IMG/VR virus record: IMGVR_UViG_3300023174_003694
Location: 981-64,980 of that record
DNA from: a virus
Strand: one strand, 5' to 3'
DNA length: 64,000 nt
The notes under the pieces were generated by a model, which was given only the letters and a program-made list of their open reading frames with translations, was not told the DNA's origin and made no database searches. Made by a program: the position numbers and the translations under genes. The stretch's first letter is position 1. Every line of letters begins with the position of its first letter. Below, piece after piece: positions 58,245 through 64,000 of this stretch.

Positions 58245-58762
58245 CAAGAGTAAATTTAGATATATTTCAAAAATCAGAGACTGATTTAATATTACGACTT
58301 AGCGATGAGCTTTTAAGTAGTAACTTCAATGCTGGTAATACAGTAATTATTTCAGTATCAGCTGATTATTCTAATATAATTAGTCAAATATTAAGACATT
58401 CGTTAAGTTATAAAGGAGAAATTTGTGATGGATTTAGTATAGACGTGCCTTATCCAGATGAAGTATGGGATTCTACTTACTTACGTGAGTTAGAATCATT
58501 AATGAGTTTATACAGATATAAATTAAATAATAAAAAAATACTATTAGTTGAAGCCGGCGTTATCAGAGGTTCTAATTACAAGTTTATTATAGATTATTTC
58601 AAAAACAATTTACGAATAACTCAAGATATTTATACGTTAGCATTATATGAAAATAGTAGTTCTAAATTTGAATCTGATTTTATAGGAGAATATTATGATG
58701 ATGAAACTCAAGATTTAACATTTTGGTGGGAACGATATAACAAACATTGGAATAATGATTAA
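58241..58762 (+). CDS. hypothetical protein without leader (weak PRTase-like KILLVEAGVIRGSNY)
   Basis: No leader. Its stop is embedded in the next gene's ATGATTAAAC start. Confidence 0.3.
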   Translation: MTRVNLDIFQKSETDLILRLSDELLSSNFNAGNTVIISVSADYSNIISQILRHSLSYKGEICDGFSIDVPYPDEVWDSTYLRELESLMSLYRYKLNNKKILLVEAGVIRGSNYKFIIDYFKNNLRITQDIYTLALYENSSSKFESDFIGEYYDDETQDLTFWWERYNKHWNND

Positions 58763-59909
58763 ACTTAAAGATTTATTAAAGGAATTAGAGTCTAAAGACA
58801 ATTATTACATTGCTAATAATATCATGGAACCTAGATTAGCAGTGAGAAAATATTTCAATGCTAATAAAGACTCTTTGGAAGTACTTATGGATCAAGATAG
58901 ATGGAATGAAGTATATCAAATAATCTTTAAAGAATTTCCACAATTTGAACAACATATACTATCCACTGCAATTAATAGTGAAGCTTTAGATGCAGGATGG
59001 CTAACTAAACAAGTACCTGTAAATACAAAATTATCTTTGGATTCTAATAGTGAAGTAGGAGAAATTCAAACTACAGTTTCTGCTTGGGTAGCTAAAAATA
59101 AAAATAAATTAATAAAGCTAGCAGACGATGATGATTATACAAAATTCTATCAAGCTGCTAGAGATCAATTTCCTGGAGTTCAAGACGATAAACTTTTATT
59201 TGCTTTAAAAGTAGCCGCTGTAGAACATGATATTCATTATGATGTATTGACAGACGGAGTAATCAAACTTAAAGATTTACTAAAAGAAAGCTATAAACTA
59301 TCACTGAAAGATTTAGGAGATGACAATTATAAAGTTATAGCTATTGATAATGGAAAGAATGTAGGAGAATTACAATTTATAAAAAGTAAATTTAAACCTG
59401 TATTGAAAGGAGCTTCAATTGTAGTAGATCCTAACTATCAAAGACAGGGAATTGGATCTGCTATGTATGTATTTGCAGAAAAGCAATTGAAATTAAAATT
59501 TGTTAAAACTGATGATGTTTTAACTGCTAGTGGTAAAGCACTTTGGAATGATCCAAATAGAAAATTTGGTCTTAAAGAATCAGCTCATGATGAAGCATTG
59601 TCTTACACTGAAGAAAAGGCTCTTGAGTTAGCACATAAAAATTGGAGTACATTTACTGGTAAAGTATGTAATTCAGGATTTTGTGATATCTATGCATCTA
59701 AATTATCTAAATTACTTCCAGGCTCTAAACAATGGGACACGGAAGAACAGGGTCCGTCAGGCACTCTTGGTCATGTATGGGTAGAGTTCAAAGGTAAATT
59801 CTATGACGCGGAGACACCTGACGGAGTACGAGATTGGAAAGATCTACCATGGATGCAGGAGTTTTACAAAGCTAAAAAGCAATATCCTAGCGATATTAAA
59901 CAACTATAA
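58755..59909 (+). CDS. leader-A family fusion protein with a second internal leader and a GNAT-like acetyltransferase motif
   Basis: N-terminal MIKLKDLLKEL. Internal in-frame GVIKLKDLLKES at about nt 59255..59290. Downstream VVDPNYQRQGIGSAMYVFAEK is the GNAT motif A (Q/RxxGxG/A). Confidence 0.45.
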   Translation: MIKLKDLLKELESKDNYYIANNIMEPRLAVRKYFNANKDSLEVLMDQDRWNEVYQIIFKEFPQFEQHILSTAINSEALDAGWLTKQVPVNTKLSLDSNSEVGEIQTTVSAWVAKNKNKLIKLADDDDYTKFYQAARDQFPGVQDDKLLFALKVAAVEHDIHYDVLTDGVIKLKDLLKESYKLSLKDLGDDNYKVIAIDNGKNVGELQFIKSKFKPVLKGASIVVDPNYQRQGIGSAMYVFAEKQLKLKFVKTDDVLTASGKALWNDPNRKFGLKESAHDEALSYTEEKALELAHKNWSTFTGKVCNSGFCDIYASKLSKLLPGSKQWDTEEQGPSGTLGHVWVEFKGKFYDAETPDGVRDWKDLPWMQEFYKAKKQYPSDIKQL

Positions 59910-59961
59910 ATAAAATACTTGAATATTTATATTAAATAATTTGGTAGAAAGGAATTAAATT

Positions 59962-59986
59962 CTTATCTTTATATACAGAAATAAAA
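59962..59986 (+). promoter_or_regulatory. promoter-like motif copy (downstream half only)
   Basis: CTTATCTTTATATACAGAAATAAAA just upstream of ATG 59990. Confidence 0.4.
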
Positions 59987-59989
59987 ACT

Positions 59990-61594
59990 ATGAAAAAATC
60001 GGAATTAAGAGAGCTAGTCAGAGAGCAAGTTCGCAATTTAATCAAAGAGGCTAACATATCTCAAGAAGCCTATACAATTCATAACATAACAAAATGTGGG
60101 CAAGATGCCGCTCAAAATTTCATTGATGACAATAAATTAGACGGTAAAAAGTTAGCTGCTTATGTTAGACAACACTCAAACTCAAAAGAAAAGTATGAAG
60201 TTCGAGATATTATTGCTGGTACAGGGGTAGGAGCTAACGTTAGTTTTAAAGCTAGATTCCTTAAACAATTTAAAGAATCTGTAATTAAAGAAGCTAAAGA
60301 ATATACTTTCACTTTTGATTACAATACAGATCCTGATGATATCGAATACATTGAAAATTTATTGAAAAAAGCAAGAGTAAATGCTTATGCTGAGCAAGGA
60401 ACTTTCGATGATGAAATGGTAATCAAAGCAGGAGATGCAATTGAATTACGTAAGGCTAAAAAAGCAATTGAAGCTGATGGATTTCAAATCAACGAAGCTT
60501 CTTTAAAAGAAGCTAACGAGTTATCTTCATATAAAATAGGAGATCAAATCAAATTTTCTAACGGGGAGATTTGGAAAGTAGCTAAACCAGGAGTGAAAGG
60601 AGATAAGATATTTTTAGCTCCATTCAATTCTATTGCAAAGAAAGGACATATTTCATTAGCAATTGAATTCAGTCAAGATGAATTAAACGATACAGTGACA
60701 GAATCTATAAACGAAGCTGCTAACGATATATCATACATCAACAAAGCTAGAGCAAAATCTTCTTTGGAACAAATTAAAAAAGGAAAACGTTCTGATGGTA
60801 TGGGTAAATTCGATGCTAAAGTATATGCTATCAAAGGAACTCAAGAGATTGAATTAACAGATCCTTCAGACTTAGCTAAATATTCCACAGGATACAAATA
60901 TGGATTGAAATCAGAATCTATTAATGAAGCATTAATAGGACCTTTTGCAATTTCAAACTCTACTCCAGATGACGAGTTGATAGCGATGTATCACGGAGCG
61001 TTAGACGGATATGCTAATTACAAACCAGGAATGAAATTTAAAAAATCAGACTATAAATTAGCTTATCAAACTATAGAGAAAATACTTCAGAAAAAAGGAG
61101 TTGCTATTACAGAAGCCGATGACCCAGAAGCTGGAGAAGCAGCTCCATACGGTTCAGGATATTCTGAAGTAAATGAAGACGCGGGAATGGTTATTGATGT
61201 AGCAATGGGCGTTGCAGTAGGCTTAATGGGTTTATGGGCATTGGTTCAAAGTGCTCCTTTAGTAGGTAGAGTATTTGGGGATGCAGCAGAGTATTTAGCT
61301 AATAAATCTGAAAAGAAAGCTAAATTAGCATTGAAAAATCAAAGAAAAGAAACGATAGCTCCTATCATTGCCAAATTTAAAAATGACAAGCAGTTAGCTG
61401 ATATGTATCAAAACTTAACTCCATATAGCGCAGCAGCTAAATTAGGTAGCAGTCAAGCTGGACTTAAAGCACAACAAGGAAGAGTGAACCAATTAACAAA
61501 AATTGGTAAATACATTAAATCTAAATTAACTCCTGAAGAATTAGTATATTTCAGAGACATATCTGCAATGTTAAGAGATGGAGACTTAAAATAA
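59990..61594 (+). CDS. leader-B family large protein (MKKSELRELVREQV) with C-terminal TM segment
   Basis: Leader. Hydrophobic VIDVAMGVAVGLMGLWALV near the C-terminus. Promoter-motif copy (59962..59986) and an ATATTTATATTAAATAA motif upstream. Confidence 0.4.
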   Translation: MKKSELRELVREQVRNLIKEANISQEAYTIHNITKCGQDAAQNFIDDNKLDGKKLAAYVRQHSNSKEKYEVRDIIAGTGVGANVSFKARFLKQFKESVIKEAKEYTFTFDYNTDPDDIEYIENLLKKARVNAYAEQGTFDDEMVIKAGDAIELRKAKKAIEADGFQINEASLKEANELSSYKIGDQIKFSNGEIWKVAKPGVKGDKIFLAPFNSIAKKGHISLAIEFSQDELNDTVTESINEAANDISYINKARAKSSLEQIKKGKRSDGMGKFDAKVYAIKGTQEIELTDPSDLAKYSTGYKYGLKSESINEALIGPFAISNSTPDDELIAMYHGALDGYANYKPGMKFKKSDYKLAYQTIEKILQKKGVAITEADDPEAGEAAPYGSGYSEVNEDAGMVIDVAMGVAVGLMGLWALVQSAPLVGRVFGDAAEYLANKSEKKAKLALKNQRKETIAPIIAKFKNDKQLADMYQNLTPYSAAAKLGSSQAGLKAQQGRVNQLTKIGKYIKSKLTPEELVYFRDISAMLRDGDLK

Positions 61595-61600
61595 TCTATC

Positions 61601-61816
61601 ATGAAAAATACAGAATTAAAAGCTCTTATAAGAGAAGAAGTTAGAAAAGCGCTAAATGAAGACATTGATATTCACAATGATGAGTCTGCAATGAAAGCTC
61701 TAGAAGATATCGCAGTTAACATGACAAAATGGAAAGGTTCTGAAGGAGCTCATTATACAGATTTACTAGAGAAAGTAATAGACTTTTTGAAATACGGTAA
61801 CCATAGAACGAATTAA
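61601..61816 (+). CDS. leader-B family small protein (MKNTELKALIREEV)
   Basis: Leader. Confidence 0.35.
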   Translation: MKNTELKALIREEVRKALNEDIDIHNDESAMKALEDIAVNMTKWKGSEGAHYTDLLEKVIDFLKYGNHRTN

Positions 61817-61817
61817 A

Positions 61818-62051
61818 ATGAAAAAATCAGAATTAAGATCTCTTGTAAGAGAATGTGTATGTGATACTTTAAAGGAAGGCACTATGGTAGACTTCGCTAA
61901 CTATTATAGAGCTTATGACTCAGATGTAAAAGAAGCTGCAAGAGCTTTAGATAAAATAATTGAGGAATCAGGAGCAGGATCGGAAGAACTATTTGATGCT
62001 ATTACTGATTTAGTTGATGCAGTTAGAGCAGATCAAGACGCTGAAATATAA
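61818..62051 (+). CDS. leader-B family small protein (MKKSELRSLVRECV)
   Basis: Leader. Followed by a 10-bp-stem terminator at 62063..62090. Confidence 0.35.
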   Translation: MKKSELRSLVRECVCDTLKEGTMVDFANYYRAYDSDVKEAARALDKIIEESGAGSEELFDAITDLVDAVRADQDAEI

Positions 62052-62062
62052 ATAACATTGTT

Positions 62063-62090
62063 GAGCTCAAAGATTCCTTTGGGCTCTTCT
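62063..62090 (+). terminator. rho-independent terminator
   Basis: GAGCTCAAAG-attc-CTTTGGGCTC (10-bp stem with one G-U) followed by TTCT, after the last leader-B gene. Confidence 0.6.
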
Positions 62091-62606
62091 ACTGAATATA
62101 ATCAACAGGAATCCTGAGGATGACGCGGGAAAGGGTTGACGAAGTCAGGGCCTGTAATAGAACAATATATATACTACTCAACGTATATATGCTCGTACTA
62201 TATATACAGATACTACATATACACTATATACAGATATAACATCAAAACTAAATACTATCATAAAAGCAATAGAAATAGGTATGATCTACTCTATATTTAA
62301 TATTGTTCAAATTAAGAATCAGACTCGTATAGGAAAAGGCAATTACTAGATCCTTATTAGACAGATCATACATATACGGTAATCTATATAGGTGACACGT
62401 AGATGGTTTTAAGGCTATTGAGAATAGGTTTGCACAGATAGATTTTTCTGCCGACACAAACGATTTTTTATATAGCGGATTTCTTTTACTTCGCTTCGCT
62501 CGTATATATAGGATTCGCATATACCTTTACTGCATCTTATATATAGTTCTATATATACTCGAGCGTAAAATACTTTACAAATGATTTGGTTCGTATAGAT
62601 ATTATC
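62091..62606. repeat. noncoding region rich in degenerate TATATA(C/G) / CGTATATATAGG iteron-like repeats plus a short GC-rich island; candidate replication origin or packaging/regulatory region
   Basis: About 0.5 kb without a credible ORF. At least 10 TATATA-core repeats (cgtatatatgctcg, actatatatacagat, atctatataggtgac, cgtatatataggattc, ttatatatagttc, cgtatagatatt). GC-rich segment gatgacgcgggaaagggttgacgaagtcagggcctg near the 5' end. Confidence 0.4.
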
Positions 62607-62630
62607 CTTATCTTTATGTATAGAAATTAA
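62607..62630 (+). promoter_or_regulatory. promoter-like motif copy (downstream half only)
   Basis: CTTATCTTTATGTATAGAAATTAA, 12 nt before ATG 62643. Confidence 0.45.
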
Positions 62631-62642
62631 AAAATATATATT

Positions 62643-62918
62643 ATGATTAGATTATCGGAGATTGACAGAATGAATGAGCAGTTGAATGCGATTACTAAAA
62701 CTCAAGTTCCATCTAAGATAGATGAGTTGAGATCGGCTATTGGTCGTATATATAGTGATAATTACTCTTCCACTAATCGATCCCGCCTCGTTAAGGTTTC
62801 AAAATGTGGGAATTATTGTTATACTGAGGAAGTTGCCTCTGAGTATAGTAAGATAGCCCCGAAGCCAGGCCTATCAAAACAACCTTCTTGGTTGGTTTGG
62901 AATGGAATATTTTCTTAA
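62643..62918 (+). CDS. hypothetical protein
   Basis: ATG 12 nt downstream of a promoter-motif copy (62607..62630). Confidence 0.35.
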   Translation: MIRLSEIDRMNEQLNAITKTQVPSKIDELRSAIGRIYSDNYSSTNRSRLVKVSKCGNYCYTEEVASEYSKIAPKPGLSKQPSWLVWNGIFS

Positions 62919-62933
62919 AAATATTTCAAAAAA

Positions 62934-62981
62934 GATTAGGATCTAAGGATTCTTTTTCTTATCTTTATGTATAGAAATTAA
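62934..62981 (+). promoter_or_regulatory. bipartite promoter-like motif copy
   Basis: GATTAGGATCTAAGG...CTTATCTTTATGTATAGAAATTAA. 24-nt spacing. Ends 10 nt before ATG 62992. Confidence 0.5.
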
Positions 62982-62991
62982 TAAATAATAA

Positions 62992-63999
62992 ATGACAAAT
63001 TTTATGAAAGCAGTTGTAACTCAAGAAGGAAGATTTTTAGTAGCTAGATTAGCAGATGGTACCGATGTATCAAATCAAATTGATAGAGATATCAGAAGAA
63101 AGGCAGTTGAATTAGGTGTCGAGTGTATATATACCGATGGCGAATGGCACGTGCCAGGCTATACAAAATCCGCTCCTTCATTTAGTTTTGCTAAGGCGCA
63201 AATGCCAGAGCCAGAAGTAATTGAAATCGTTGAACCTGACGCGGGTCATAAGGAAGTAACCGACTTCATACATAAGTCTGTGGGTCTTAAGCCTCAGTCT
63301 TTGATTATGAATGATTTAAAGTGGAAGTATTTAGTTCGCTCCGCTATGCGTGGAAGAAATATTATGATGACGGGTCCTGCAGGTACTGGTAAAACCATAG
63401 CTGCTAAGGAGTTAGTGAAGGCGTTAGAGCGTCCAGACTTTTATTTCAATTTAGGTGCCACGCAAGATCCCCGAGCTACCTTAATTGGTAATACTCACTT
63501 CTCCAAAGAAGATGGAACTTATTTTGCGGAGTCGTTGTTCGTTAAAGCGATCCAAACCGAAAATGCAGTAATCCTTTTAGATGAGTTGTCGAGAGCGCAT
63601 CCAGAGGCTTGGAATATCTTAATGACTGTATTGGATTTGAACCAACGTTATTTGAGATTAGATGAGAAAGATGGTGCTCCGACTATTAAGGTTGCTCCGG
63701 GTGTATCCTTTATAGCGACTGCGAATATTGGTAATGAGTATACTTCCACTCGTATTATGGACCGTGCCCTTCAGGATCGTTTCATTACCATTGAGATGGA
63801 CCAGTTAGATGAGATTACAGAGTTTGAGTTATTGAAGATGAAATATCCTTTAGCACACCAGCCATCACTTCAAGCTGTGGCAGAGATAGCTTCAACCACT
63901 CGTAAAGATATGAAGTCAGCCTCACCGAAGTTATCTAGTTGTTTATCAACCAGAGCATGTGTTGAGATCGCTTCGCTTATATTTGATGGCTTTTCATTG
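62992..63999 (+). CDS. MoxR/CbbQ-like AAA+ ATPase, 3'-truncated at window edge
   Basis: Walker A MMTGPAGTGKTIAAKEL. Walker B ILLDELSRAHPEAWNIL. Sensor SFIATANIG...RALQDRF. No stop before the window end. Not in the ORF track. Bipartite promoter motif upstream. Confidence 0.6.
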   Translation, partial: MTNFMKAVVTQEGRFLVARLADGTDVSNQIDRDIRRKAVELGVECIYTDGEWHVPGYTKSAPSFSFAKAQMPEPEVIEIVEPDAGHKEVTDFIHKSVGLKPQSLIMNDLKWKYLVRSAMRGRNIMMTGPAGTGKTIAAKELVKALERPDFYFNLGATQDPRATLIGNTHFSKEDGTYFAESLFVKAIQTENAVILLDELSRAHPEAWNILMTVLDLNQRYLRLDEKDGAPTIKVAPGVSFIATANIGNEYTSTRIMDRALQDRFITIEMDQLDEITEFELLKMKYPLAHQPSLQAVAEIASTTRKDMKSASPKLSSCLSTRACVEIASLIFDGFSL

Positions 64000-64000
64000 A

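Noticed and set aside
62248-62520. 90-aa minus-strand ORF in the 62.1-62.6 kb noncoding region
   Set aside because: Tyr/Ile/Ser-rich translation produced by the TATATA iterons. No start context or promoter motif. Treated as an artefact of the repeats.

Overview
All substantial ORFs in this 64-kb window lie on the + strand, tightly packed and often overlapping by 1-8 nt. GC content is roughly 32%, there are no Shine-Dalgarno sequences, and start contexts are usually AAATTATG or AAGTTATG. I read it as part of a large lytic phage (possibly jumbo) of a low-GC host, probably Bacteroidetes; the host call is inference from start contexts only.

Content, left to right:
(1) 1-15.9 kb, a T4-like replication/nucleotide module. 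It holds two GT-B glycosyltransferases, a free-standing GIY-YIG endonuclease, family-B DNA polymerase, QueD-like, a third GT-B-like protein and a TGT/DpdA-like transglycosylase. These are followed by a bacterial-type GroEL, sliding clamp, clamp loader, dNMP kinase, a Cas4-like PD-(D/E)XK nuclease and a DprA/SLOG-like protein.
(2) 15.9-32.8 kb, a ~17-kb glycan-biosynthesis island. It encodes about 11 glycosyltransferases (GT4, GT2 and a GT11 alpha-1,2-fucosyltransferase-like), three CmcI/TylF-like SAM methyltransferases and a truncated DegT-like aminotransferase. It also has a PglD/NeuD-like acetyltransferase, a PhyH-like dioxygenase, a GHMP kinase + SIS isomerase + HAD phosphatase (heptose-type) trio, an SDR epimerase/dehydratase and a truncated UDP-glucose-dehydrogenase-like protein.
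(3) 33-53 kb, mostly small hypothetical proteins. Recognisable ones are a 5'(3')-deoxyribonucleotidase, holin-like and SPFH-lipoprotein genes, a DEDDh exonuclease, a tandem-PAS membrane protein, a SWIM zinc-finger protein, a P-loop ATPase, a metallophosphoesterase and an HNH endonuclease.
(4) 53.9-62.1 kb, a translationally coupled tandem array of diversified proteins. Each begins with one of two conserved N-terminal leaders, MIKLKDLLxE or MKKSELRxLIREEV. Both conform to the T4 prohead-protease (L/I/V)-x-E cleavage rule and resemble T4 capsid-targeting sequences. One member carries clear R-S-E ADP-ribosyltransferase motifs (Alt-like) and another is a two-leader fusion containing a GNAT motif. 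More leader-bearing genes sit at 36.8-37.4 kb and 51.0-53.0 kb.
(5) Regulatory signals. A bipartite motif, GATTAGGA plus CTTATCTTTATGTATAGAAATTAA 24 nt downstream, recurs 7 times 9-17 nt upstream of start codons. A second motif, ATATTTATATTAAATAA, recurs about 10 times. There are several clean rho-independent terminators and a 0.5-kb TATATA-iteron-rich noncoding region (62.09-62.61 kb). The window ends in a partial MoxR-like AAA+ ATPase gene.

No rRNA, tRNA or CRISPR was found. Every minus-strand ORF in the track lies inside a + strand gene and I treat them as spurious.
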